Source of the DNA: Candidatus Heimdallarchaeota archaeon
Lineage (GTDB): Archaea; Asgardarchaeota; Heimdallarchaeia; Heimdallarchaeales; Heimdallarchaeaceae
Length of the DNA: 64,000 nucleotides
Direction of reading: 5' to 3'
Assembly (NCBI GenBank): GCA_021399345.1
Contig: JAAFKI010000112.1
Coordinates: 155,557 to 219,556, forward strand
Numbering within the stretch: position 1 is the first letter of the stretch; each line of letters opens with the position of its first letter. The position numbers and the translations under genes were made by a program. Shown in pieces: positions 10,581-19,797 of the stretch. Under the pieces are notes generated by a model. It did not search any database. It saw only the letters and a program-made list of their open reading frames with translations, and was not told the origin of the DNA.

Positions 10581-11276
10581 TTGGAAGTGATATCCATTCA
10601 AGTAAAGCTGATCTCCTACCCAAAAGAAACTGATTTAATTGCTAAAATGGCTGCAGCAATCTGTTATTCAGGTGGTCATGATTACGAAGAAATAAGAAAA
10701 GATGCTGAGAGTAAACCTGCAGAATATCTTAGTATAATAGTTAAGAATGGTCATTTATCTATTCTCGAACATAATATCTATGTTTTCTATATTTCTGGTT
10801 TAAGTAGAGTAGCAAGTCATCAACTAGTCAGAAAGCGTATTGCTAGTTATTCCCAACAATCACAAAGATATGTTAATGCAAAAAATTTCAGAGCTGTTAT
10901 TCCTGATACAATTGAAAAATCACAATTCCTAGAACAGTACAACAAGAAACTTGAGGATTGCAGCAATTTGTATCAACAAATGGTAGATGGGGGTATTCCG
11001 AAAGAAGACGCAAGATTCATCTTACCAGGTGCAACAACAACACAGCTGATGGTTTCCATGAACGCACACGCTTTAATCGACTTTTTTGTCCAGAGATTAT
11101 GTGTGCGTAGTCAGTGGGAGATCAGACAACTAGCTGTGGCAATGTTGGAAGAAGCTCAGAAAGTTTCTCCTTTAATATTCAAGGATTTAGGTGCATATTG
11201 TGATTTTTACGGCTATTGTCCAGAAAATGACAAATCATGTGGAAGAATTAAAACTTTGAAAGAACTAATAAAATAA
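10581..11276 (+). CDS. thyX: FAD-dependent thymidylate synthase
   Basis: GHLSILEH, SRVASHQLVRKRIASYSQQSQRY, EDARFILP, RLCVRSQWEIR. Confidence 0.95.
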   Translation: MEVISIQVKLISYPKETDLIAKMAAAICYSGGHDYEEIRKDAESKPAEYLSIIVKNGHLSILEHNIYVFYISGLSRVASHQLVRKRIASYSQQSQRYVNAKNFRAVIPDTIEKSQFLEQYNKKLEDCSNLYQQMVDGGIPKEDARFILPGATTTQLMVSMNAHALIDFFVQRLCVRSQWEIRQLAVAMLEEAQKVSPLIFKDLGAYCDFYGYCPENDKSCGRIKTLKELIK

Positions 11277-11344
11277 GGATAAGTAAGCATTCGAATTTTA
11301 CTTCTTTAGTTTATAGCTATATAGTATACAATAATAGAAAGCAG

Positions 11345-12151
11345 TTATTCACTAAACTCAGATATCTCATCATCGTTGTCTATTGGTACTATAGTTTCAT
11401 CTTTAATTTTCGGTAAAATTGCATTCATTCTTGTAAGGATAATTGTATAGAGGATTGCTACAACAATAAGTGAAGGACGAATTATGAATTCAGCTATAGT
11501 ATTTGGGGGGATTATGAAATAAATTATCGTTGAATATAAAACTGCAAATAAAATTAGAATCAGTATTGAAATTAAGGGCCAAAACATCTTTTTGATAAGT
11601 ATCCACCACTTCTGAAGCACATCAAGCTCTTTAACTGGTTCGCTTTCAAAATCAGTTAAGGTTAAATTATCTTCGTAGTGTTTCACTTGTTCCTTTGCGT
11701 AATCTCCAGTTGGTAAAATGTAAAATCTTTCTTGAGAATAGAATTCCAGAAAGAACATAGATAGGAGTAATCTCAAGGCTATACAAATCCCTGCAGATAC
11801 TTGGTAAAGTATGATGTCAATTCTGCCAAGTGTATCTGGGAAAAACATGGAATTTACATTTGCAAGTAATAGAGAAAATGCTGTACCCAAAATAAAGAAA
11901 ATTCCGAAACTCAATTCATTTTTGAGATTCAAATCTCCGCCCCTAAATAAATCAATCATCAGATTGATAATACCTATTATTAGCCAGATTGTAAAAACAT
12001 AAACATTCAAACTTATAGCTGACTGTAAAATTATTATTGCGATCGCTATCACCCCAAATAGATGATGACAAAATATCATAATCTGAGAGCCAGGAGCTGT
12101 TTTCTTGGTTTTTTTCCAATCATCCTCAAAGACTTTATCTCTTATTCTCAT
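11345..12151 (-). CDS. Multi-pass membrane protein of unknown function (last gene of MoxR operon 2)
   Basis: About 6 hydrophobic segments; starts 1 nt after the DUF58 stop. Confidence 0.75.
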   Translation of the reverse strand: MRIRDKVFEDDWKKTKKTAPGSQIMIFCHHLFGVIAIAIIILQSAISLNVYVFTIWLIIGIINLMIDLFRGGDLNLKNELSFGIFFILGTAFSLLLANVNSMFFPDTLGRIDIILYQVSAGICIALRLLLSMFFLEFYSQERFYILPTGDYAKEQVKHYEDNLTLTDFESEPVKELDVLQKWWILIKKMFWPLISILILILFAVLYSTIIYFIIPPNTIAEFIIRPSLIVVAILYTIILTRMNAILPKIKDETIVPIDNDDEISEFSE

Positions 12152-12152
12152 T

Positions 12153-13544
12153 TTATCGCCCTAATGCTTCTTGTACTAATCTATGTGATGGGGAATATTT
12201 ATTCATCAACCTGTAAAGTGACAAAATTATGTTATCTTCATACCCATTAATCTCCACATAATCACCACCAACTGAATATAGAATTCGTCTAATTTCAGCT
12301 TCTCTCTTCAGATATTCATCTCTCACTAAACTAGGAAAGACATTATCTATGATATCTCTATATTCAATATTCTGAGCTTCATTAGCTATCCATTCAGATG
12401 AGGCAAGAATATTGAAATCCATAGTAGAAAAATTAACGAATATTACTCGGCTCCCCATAGAATGAAGCAAATGTAACCCTTGAAGTTTCTTTTTTAAATC
12501 ACCTTCCAAATCAGAAAATATTATAGCTATTGAATGATTCAATTGATTGTTTTTAGTAAATTTCACAGCATTGATGAAGTTACTTTCAACCCCAAGGGGC
12601 TCAATATCAAATAAATTTAACATTAATCTCAATTCATTTCTCCCAACTTGGGGAACAATGAATCTACTAACATTGTCCCCATATGCAATCACTGCCAAAT
12701 CATGGCTTGTCCCTCTGATGAGTGAGGAAACTTCAACAGCAGAAGATAAAGAGTGTTCAAATTTAGGACCAAACATAGTACTTCCTAAATCAAGGTATAT
12801 TAGGAAGTGAAGATTTCTTTCATCTTCATATTCTCTGGTAATCAATTTGTCATGTCTTGCAGTAGCAAACCAGTCTATGTGTTTTACTTCATCACCTGGG
12901 AGGTAATCACGAAGTGCAAAGAATTCATCGCCGCGACCCTTAACCCTTTGAGCAAATTCATGGACCATTTTAAGAAGAAGTTCTTTCTTTGTTTTCCATG
13001 GTATATTGATACGTGGTCTTTGGGGAAGCACCTTTATTGCTGTAATTTCTCTCAGAATTCTTAGATTTTTAAACAGCTGTTGATGAGGTCCTACAGCTAT
13101 TTCTATTGGTCCAATTTCTGCATTTCCTCTTCGAACTGCTAATAATATCCATACAACTTTCTGTGTTTGATCTGGTTCTAATCTTAGATATAATTGATCT
13201 GGTATGTTGATACTTTGGAAGTGATATGAAAATCGCAATGTGGTTTTAATCATAATTGTTTTTTTCGAACAATTGGTCAGATTTACTGCAACAGCGAGTA
13301 AACCTCTACTCCTTAGATACTCTTTTGATATTCTCACATCAACATCAAAAGAAACATCTTGTGTTGTTAGGTAGTGAACAAATGCAGAAGCTATTACTAA
13401 CCAGAAAAGAAGACCTGGAATAATTAAGAGATAGTTATCAATAGATAAACCTAGAACTATAGACAAACTTCCCAAAAGGATGAATATCCTTCCATTCTTT
13501 GTTAATTCAAAGACTTTTTCCTCTTCCATAGTTAACTTCCTCAT
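12153..13544 (-). CDS. DUF58 (vWA-like) membrane protein (copy 2)
   Basis: N-terminal TMs; GRGDEFFALRDYLPGDEVKHIDWFATAR, REYEDER; MIDAS-like YLDLGSTM and IFSD. Confidence 0.92.
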   Translation of the reverse strand: MRKLTMEEEKVFELTKNGRIFILLGSLSIVLGLSIDNYLLIIPGLLFWLVIASAFVHYLTTQDVSFDVDVRISKEYLRSRGLLAVAVNLTNCSKKTIMIKTTLRFSYHFQSINIPDQLYLRLEPDQTQKVVWILLAVRRGNAEIGPIEIAVGPHQQLFKNLRILREITAIKVLPQRPRINIPWKTKKELLLKMVHEFAQRVKGRGDEFFALRDYLPGDEVKHIDWFATARHDKLITREYEDERNLHFLIYLDLGSTMFGPKFEHSLSSAVEVSSLIRGTSHDLAVIAYGDNVSRFIVPQVGRNELRLMLNLFDIEPLGVESNFINAVKFTKNNQLNHSIAIIFSDLEGDLKKKLQGLHLLHSMGSRVIFVNFSTMDFNILASSEWIANEAQNIEYRDIIDNVFPSLVRDEYLKREAEIRRILYSVGGDYVEINGYEDNIILSLYRLMNKYSPSHRLVQEALGR

Positions 13545-13551
13545 GCTTAGG

Positions 13552-14496
13552 TTAAATTACAACTTCAACTTCTGACAGAATATTTTGGATAATTTCTGAA
13601 ACCCTAATTTGTTCAATTTCAGCTTCAGGAGACAAGATCAATCTATGATTCATGACTGGAAAGAAAATAGATTTGATATCATCTGGTTCTACAAAATCTC
13701 TTCCTCTTATTGCAGCAATTGATCTACTTAATGTTAACAAAGCTATAGAACCTCTAGGGCTTGCGCCCAATGCTAGAGATGGTACCGATCTTGTAGCAAC
13801 AACAAGTTTTGCTATATATTCGATTATCTGATTGCTCAAAATTACGCCACCTTCTATCTCATTTGATAATTTTTGTAAAGTATCCTTTTTTGTAACAGCG
13901 TTTACATCAGCAAACATTTGTTCTTTCTTTTTCAGCAGCATAGATATTTCTCCTTGCAAAGAGGGAGGATAAACAGGTATTTTTACAAGGAATCGGTCAA
14001 TCTGAGCTTCTGGGAGAGGATAGACTCCGGTACTTTCAATGGGATTTTGAGTCGCAATTACCATGAAAGGTTCTGGAAGTTTGTATGTTTTTTTTCCTGA
14101 AGAAACTTGTTTCTCTTGCATTGCTTCTAAAAGAGCTGATTGTGTCTTTGGAGGACTTCTGTTTATTTCATCAGTTAGAAGAATATTGGTGAAAACTGGT
14201 CCTTCAATGAAATTGAACGAGCTTGTTTCTCTTTCATATATATTTCCACCAGTAATATCTGCAGGCATCAAATCGCTTGTAAATTGAATTCGTTTAAATC
14301 CTACTTTCATTACTTCTGCTAGAGTGCTTGCCATCAAAGTTTTGGCTATTCCTGGTACACCTTCTAGAAGAACATTTCCTCCACTTAGTAGTGAAGCAAA
14401 CATAAGTTCAATGACATTTTCATTTCCAACAATCCTTTTCTTCATTTCGTCCATAATTTTACTGAATATTTCTTTCGTTTCTTGTATTTGTGTCAT
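13552..14496 (-). CDS. moxR: MoxR-family AAA+ ATPase (copy 2)
   Basis: GVPGIAKT, RIQFTSDLMPAD, LLTDEINRSPPKTQSALLEAM, ATQNPIE..GVYPLPEAQIDRF, GASPRG. Confidence 0.97.
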   Translation of the reverse strand: MTQIQETKEIFSKIMDEMKKRIVGNENVIELMFASLLSGGNVLLEGVPGIAKTLMASTLAEVMKVGFKRIQFTSDLMPADITGGNIYERETSSFNFIEGPVFTNILLTDEINRSPPKTQSALLEAMQEKQVSSGKKTYKLPEPFMVIATQNPIESTGVYPLPEAQIDRFLVKIPVYPPSLQGEISMLLKKKEQMFADVNAVTKKDTLQKLSNEIEGGVILSNQIIEYIAKLVVATRSVPSLALGASPRGSIALLTLSRSIAAIRGRDFVEPDDIKSIFFPVMNHRLILSPEAEIEQIRVSEIIQNILSEVEVVI

Positions 14497-15779
14497 TTAT
14501 ATCGCCTTCTTTTTTGTATGATTTCCAACTTCTTAAACAGAAATAGGAATGTATCGTGATCTAATTTCTTTGTTAGTGCGAGCTCATAAAGCTCTCTCTC
14601 TTCCTCTTCGAATAGATGAGAAGGAACAAATTTCATCTTCTCTAGAATAAAATAATTATAACCCTTACTTGGATAAAGTTCATGTTGAAAATATAAATAG
14701 GAAAGAACTTTTTCCTCAACTGTTGGATTAATGGGGGATCCAAATGTATCAAATAGCTCTCTCCGTCTACTCCAGATTTTTTTTGATATAAATTTCTTAT
14801 AGGATTCCTTTGTTTTATATACGTCTTTAATTCTTGGAGTTAAATAATAAAAAATCAACAATAAAAGAACTGCCACGAAGATGAAATATCGAGTTTTTGA
14901 CAACAAAATCACAGCTCCATATGTTTGGTTAACTATACCTTCTGTAGAAGCGAAGGGCCACCTTTTGTGGCTTTCTTCAAAACAAACTAAAGATTCTGAA
15001 CCCCCAGAGTATGCTCCAATAAGATTTATTGCAAGATTAATATTATCAAATCCCGCAGTGTACAAATCATTAGAAAGAAAACTTACTGCAGAAATTGCTA
15101 CTATTACTCCAGAACCTCTACTTATTGCTACAGCTACCTTGTAGCTTCTAGTACTTTCTGAGACTTGATTCCACATCTTGTCTCCATTTTTGTCGATAAA
15201 AGTTGTTGGCTCAGTTGCAATTGATTGAACTTCAGTTTGTTGTGAGCTTGTTGAAACATAGAGAATTGCTTTCGCTTGAGCAAAACACAATGTTCCATTA
15301 ACAGTTGCGGGTGAATGTGCAAAAATAAATTCTGGAGTGGGGTAGTAATTTTCTGTTTCTAAAAGCATAGAAGCAGATATTCCCAAACCTAAATATCTTG
15401 CAAGATCATAGGAAGAACCTGACCCCACAAGAAGAAGAAGGGTTCCCCCTCGCCCAATAAACGAATCTATAACAATTTTTTCTGCAGATCTATAGTTTTT
15501 AGCCCCTCCTGCAATTACAAGAATTGAGGAATCAGGTAGTGTCTTTACTGGTTCGGTTGACAAGATAGTCCTAGTGGTATTAAATCCTCTTTCCTGAAGA
15601 AGTGAATTAAAGATAGACAGTCCACTTGGTGAAGTGTCATATATTGTATAAGGAGGAGGAGAACTAGTAATATTGATGCTTAAGGGAATTGTAACTATAG
15701 CAAATATCAGTAGAGTTTGAATAACCATTTTAAAGAATGGTGAATATTTATTGGAAAAGAAAGCCTTTGAAAACTTCAT
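14493..15779 (-). CDS. DUF4350 membrane protein (copy 2)
   Basis: TM; YTIYDTSPSGLS; FIGRGGTLLL; GSGVIVAISAVSFLSN; CFEESH; second TM; ATGA overlaps on both sides. Confidence 0.75.
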   Translation of the reverse strand: MKFSKAFFSNKYSPFFKMVIQTLLIFAIVTIPLSINITSSPPPYTIYDTSPSGLSIFNSLLQERGFNTTRTILSTEPVKTLPDSSILVIAGGAKNYRSAEKIVIDSFIGRGGTLLLLVGSGSSYDLARYLGLGISASMLLETENYYPTPEFIFAHSPATVNGTLCFAQAKAILYVSTSSQQTEVQSIATEPTTFIDKNGDKMWNQVSESTRSYKVAVAISRGSGVIVAISAVSFLSNDLYTAGFDNINLAINLIGAYSGGSESLVCFEESHKRWPFASTEGIVNQTYGAVILLSKTRYFIFVAVLLLLIFYYLTPRIKDVYKTKESYKKFISKKIWSRRRELFDTFGSPINPTVEEKVLSYLYFQHELYPSKGYNYFILEKMKFVPSHLFEEEERELYELALTKKLDHDTFLFLFKKLEIIQKRRRYK

Positions 15780-16546
15780 TCTACCTCACCTAGTTGTTTT
15801 GTTTGAGATATCTGAATATCGATTTCCTTACCACTCAAATCTTTGATAGTTTTCAATTCCAGTATAAACTGTTCAAGATCATCATAGGTCATTTGAGAAA
15901 TTCTATATCGTGCCACATAGAAGATATCTATTATCCATTTGAAATGGGGGAGGATTTCAGGTAAATCTAGAGATAAGGAAAATTCTTTTGGTGTAAGGTA
16001 AGTTTCTCTTTTAATTCCAAGAACCAATTTCATATTCTTATCCAATTGATGATATCCAAAGATTATGCCCTCAGCAAAATTTCCTTTTTTCAAATAATCT
16101 TCTAAAACATCAACTAAGGTAACAATCCGAGTACTGAATTTTTGTCTTCTTGTAGAAATTGTGGATTTACTTTGTACTGAACTTGCACTTGTTGAACTCA
16201 CTTCTTTCCTTTTTCGAAAGTATAGCATGAAAACTAGTATTAAAATCGCAACTCCTATGCCTATAGGAAGTATTCGGGAAGAAATACTAGGTTTTTCAGT
16301 TTGCGTGATTCCACCATTTGAAGGAGTAGGAGGAGTAGCGGTTGGGTAAGTTGGTCCAGAAGTGGTTGATAAAGGATCTGACGTCGTATTGAAATCCCCA
16401 ATATTTGTTGTAGTAAGCGTACTAACCGGAATATCATTAATACTTTCATAACTTTCTTGAGAACTATTTAACAAGATGAAAATGATTAGACAAACTACTA
16501 GAAGTAGAATTCTAAAATTAAAGTACTTACTAATATTTCTAGACAT
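15776..16546 (-). CDS. Two-TM protein with Thr/Pro-rich loop and cytosolic DUF4129 domain
   Basis: Likely start ATG 16546 (MSRNISK); loop TLTTT...PTATPPTPS between two TMs; tail FAEGIIFGY...YLTPKEF...FYVARY. Confidence 0.7.
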   Translation of the reverse strand: MSRNISKYFNFRILLLVVCLIIFILLNSSQESYESINDIPVSTLTTTNIGDFNTTSDPLSTTSGPTYPTATPPTPSNGGITQTEKPSISSRILPIGIGVAILILVFMLYFRKRKEVSSTSASSVQSKSTISTRRQKFSTRIVTLVDVLEDYLKKGNFAEGIIFGYHQLDKNMKLVLGIKRETYLTPKEFSLSLDLPEILPHFKWIIDIFYVARYRISQMTYDDLEQFILELKTIKDLSGKEIDIQISQTKQLGEVE

Positions 16547-17525
16547 TGTTTTCACCTTCCATGGAATCGTCAATAACTAACTTACTCTCACTTAAGAATG
16601 CATATACCCTACATAATGGCCAGTAATCAGTCAAGCAAATCTGATACTTATGTTCTGCTGTAACATAACCCAAATATGCACATTTGCCTTCAGCAAAATA
16701 CTTGCAATATTTCTTCTCTGTGGATTTTAATAGGCTCTCTACTTTTCGATTCATGTAAACCATAGATAATGCGTGGTATTGTCTATCTTCAGATTTAGGC
16801 GGTTTATCCAGATCAAAAACTGTTTTTACTGACAGAGGCATTTTTGGTTGTATTAGGTTAGAATAAGTTATTTTCGCTCCTTTCTTAGGGAGAAACATAT
16901 TTATGAATAATTTACCAAATCGAACACCTATTACCCCCCCTAGAGAACCAATAATTAAGAAAGATACTGAAAATACAAAAATGAAACCTAGATACCAAAA
17001 ACCTGCAAAGACTCCCGAGATACTAGCTGCTAAAGAACTGAATAAAATCACTTGCGAAAGATGTAGTGTAATAAAAAGTAAAAATGTTATTAGTGCAGAA
17101 CTAAGAACTAAATCACGCGCTTCTTCTCCCCAAAAAAGTGCACAAATGATCCCAGCTAAAAAGAATGGTAAAAAAATGGTGAGCACATAATTGGTAATCA
17201 GAGAATCTATGTTTTGTGAAATGAAAGTGGATAGAAATGGGAGATAAAGAATTTCTTCAGGACTCCAAATAAGTCCATAGAATAATGAAAAATCATCTAA
17301 ATAATACAATATCAAGCTGAGAGTAATTGATATGGCATAAGTGATAGCAAGATACGTTGAGGTTCTTCTGATCAAAACTCCTAGATACTCCCGTTTTCCC
17401 CTATTCTTTAAGGAGGGAAAGAATAGCTTATAGAGAAGATATTTGAAATCAAGCTTAAAGGGAGCAGGTCCCTTTTTTCCTGTTTTTGGTGGGGGAGGGT
17501 TGTAAGAAGCATCTCGTCTTTCCAT
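16539..17525 (-). CDS. Multi-pass membrane protein with C-terminal Cys4 motif
   Basis: 4-5 TMs followed by YCKYFAEGKCAYLG...ICLTDYWPLCRVY. Confidence 0.7.
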   Translation of the reverse strand: MERRDASYNPPPPKTGKKGPAPFKLDFKYLLYKLFFPSLKNRGKREYLGVLIRRTSTYLAITYAISITLSLILYYLDDFSLFYGLIWSPEEILYLPFLSTFISQNIDSLITNYVLTIFLPFFLAGIICALFWGEEARDLVLSSALITFLLFITLHLSQVILFSSLAASISGVFAGFWYLGFIFVFSVSFLIIGSLGGVIGVRFGKLFINMFLPKKGAKITYSNLIQPKMPLSVKTVFDLDKPPKSEDRQYHALSMVYMNRKVESLLKSTEKKYCKYFAEGKCAYLGYVTAEHKYQICLTDYWPLCRVYAFLSESKLVIDDSMEGENNV

Positions 17526-17533
17526 ATTATCAC

Positions 17534-19249
17534 CTAAATTACTATAAGATTCGTCCCCCTTGCAGCTTTTATGATGAACCTTATGAACAGAACATCAAGT
17601 AATAGTATCAAACTAATACCAATCAGTCCAAAGAAGATTTGATAGATAGATATTATCAAAAAAACAGCAAATATTGACAAGTACAGGGTTGTTATTAGAA
17701 GAGAAAATGCAACAATGGCTGTGATGTTAATAGAAGCTAAAATTGATTTAACTCTGTTTTTTGAAGATCTGTACCAAGCAATGCTAACACCTAGAGCAAT
17801 TATAACACTCAGGAGAAATATAGTATTCCCCAAGAAATGCAAGGAATTTTCAATTGTACTAAAAACAAAAGCAAAGATAATAATTATACCAACTCCTAAA
17901 ATCCTAGTAAAACCAACAGAAAAATGTATGTAAAGAGGTGGTGATGAAGAGCCCATTTTTTCATGCAATGTTGGAACATCTGAACCACATGCCCAACAAT
18001 TTCTGCTAAAAGCTGGAACAACTTGGTTGCAGTTTTCGCATTGAAGTTTAGGAAAAGACCAACAATTACCACAAAACTGTCCATTGTAAAGAGGATACTG
18101 ACATTCAGGACATAGCATCATTCTTGTTGATTCGTCAATAAGTCTCTTAACACTCTTCTTCTTCTTAATTTTCTTCTCATACATCGTGTTTTTCCCCTCA
18201 TATTGTTCACAATCATTGATTCTATGTTCACTATGACAACTAGGACAAATTTTCGGAACATTAAATAAAATCCAAATCGCAAATAAACCAAAAATACCAT
18301 AGGAAACATAACCCATTAGTTGAAGTTGGGAAATAATGAATTTCTCGCTAAAAACTTGGAAATTATAATTCCAGTATGCATGAAAACCAACAGAAATTAA
18401 CAGAAACAGAATAAAAATTATTCTTGAAGCTAATTTCTTCTTGTTTTTTCTTGATATGAAGAGAAAACCTACTCCGAATGCAAGTAACATAGAAGTGACA
18501 GAATGTAAGGGAAATATAGTTCTCGTATTAATTAGTATGTCTATTATTTCTTGATTATTTAATGCTGAAGCGAAATATCCTGTTGGAGGATTGCTCAAAA
18601 TTGAGAAGGACAGGAACTGTTCAAACAAATCAAACCATGCTCCATAAAAAGCCCCTAATAAAACAAAAGTTCGATGGGTTGGGATTAAATTAGTTACAAT
18701 ATTCTTTTTTCCAACGCTAATTCTTGCATAGTTTCCAAGAAGAATAAGAAGCGGAAATATCTTTGCAAATTCCTCAATAAGAGGAATTATTGAAACATAC
18801 AATACTGAATTAGCCAATTCATAAGTAGCTCCTGGCACGCCTATTGAAGTTAAAAGACTTCTAAAAGAAAAAATTAGTAAAGTAGCTTTGTTCTCTATCA
18901 CAGTTGCAAAGTAAGCTGTTAGTGAAGCTGTAACTAATAACAATGGAAATATTTTCCTTATAACTGATTTTTCAATATTAGTACTAGTTATGGAGAAAAG
19001 AAAATAAAGACTGAAAATCCAAACTAGAAAAAATAGAATAATTACAAATATTAGTACAATTGAAAAATAATTTGATTCAACATAATAACTCAATAAAGAA
19101 TAAGGTAGATACATCATACCAATCAAAATGCCAACTAAAACCAATTTTCCTAAGCTTGAAAGACTGAAGATTCTATTGTACAAAAATCTGTTAGGAACCA
19201 CTATGGAAGAACTACTCTCACTAACATTCTCCTCTGAAGTTCTCAACAT
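17534..19249 (-). CDS. PrsW-family (M82) intramembrane protease fused to double zinc ribbon
   Basis: PrsW motifs EEFAK, GAFYGAWFDLFEQ, PLH, FHAYWN; CPSCHSEH, CPEC..FCGNC, CENC..NCWAC; three extra C-terminal TMs. Confidence 0.85.
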   Translation of the reverse strand: MLRTSEENVSESSSSIVVPNRFLYNRIFSLSSLGKLVLVGILIGMMYLPYSLLSYYVESNYFSIVLIFVIILFFLVWIFSLYFLFSITSTNIEKSVIRKIFPLLLVTASLTAYFATVIENKATLLIFSFRSLLTSIGVPGATYELANSVLYVSIIPLIEEFAKIFPLLILLGNYARISVGKKNIVTNLIPTHRTFVLLGAFYGAWFDLFEQFLSFSILSNPPTGYFASALNNQEIIDILINTRTIFPLHSVTSMLLAFGVGFLFISRKNKKKLASRIIFILFLLISVGFHAYWNYNFQVFSEKFIISQLQLMGYVSYGIFGLFAIWILFNVPKICPSCHSEHRINDCEQYEGKNTMYEKKIKKKKSVKRLIDESTRMMLCPECQYPLYNGQFCGNCWSFPKLQCENCNQVVPAFSRNCWACGSDVPTLHEKMGSSSPPLYIHFSVGFTRILGVGIIIIFAFVFSTIENSLHFLGNTIFLLSVIIALGVSIAWYRSSKNRVKSILASINITAIVAFSLLITTLYLSIFAVFLIISIYQIFFGLIGISLILLLDVLFIRFIIKAARGTNLIVI

Positions 19250-19401
19250 TTCTATTCTCCTGAAGTAGTTTAGCAGACACAGGTATTTTCTTGTCGAGAA
19301 ATATAAAATTAATACACTTAAATCTATTTTGGGATAATGATTTACTGAAAAACATAAACCTTACTTTCAAAAAATAAAAAAATCTAGAACAAAGATATTT
19401 A

Positions 19402-19425
19402 ATAAGAGTGATATTATGCTCTTAT
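19402..19425. terminator. 7-bp inverted repeat ATAAGAG-N10-CTCTTAT followed by a T-tract on the minus strand
   Basis: Lies 12 nt downstream of the stop of the 85-aa gene; could instead be an operator upstream of the PrsW operon. Confidence 0.35.
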
Positions 19426-19437
19426 AGGTTTTCTGAA

Positions 19438-19695
19438 TTATTCGATTAAGGCAGATTCTGTAATGTCTCCAATTGCTTTGAACAACCCAACGAAGAAGAC
19501 TAACAGACCAACGACTAAACCAATAAACCATACATAGGATACGGAAGACGCGTCAAGTGCGACAAATCCTAATTCTGCAATTCCGCCGTTAAGTAAAGCT
19601 CCAAACGAGATCAAAGCAACAACTAAAGGTATTAAACCAAGAAAGAAGAACAGAATTGAAACCTTCAATGATTGTATTATGCTTACCATATGCAA
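19438..19695 (-). CDS. Small two-TM membrane protein
   Basis: 85-aa ORF with two hydrophobic helices; SD-like GAGG upstream; fills an intergenic gap. Confidence 0.65.
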   Translation of the reverse strand: MHMVSIIQSLKVSILFFFLGLIPLVVALISFGALLNGGIAELGFVALDASSVSYVWFIGLVVGLLVFFVGLFKAIGDITESALIE

Positions 19696-19797
19696 AACCT
19701 CTGTTTTTTATTTTTAAGAATCTATGCCTAAAGAATCTTTTAAATGTTTGTTTACTGCCCCCTCAATTTCATGTTTAAACAAAGCTAAGACAAATAA

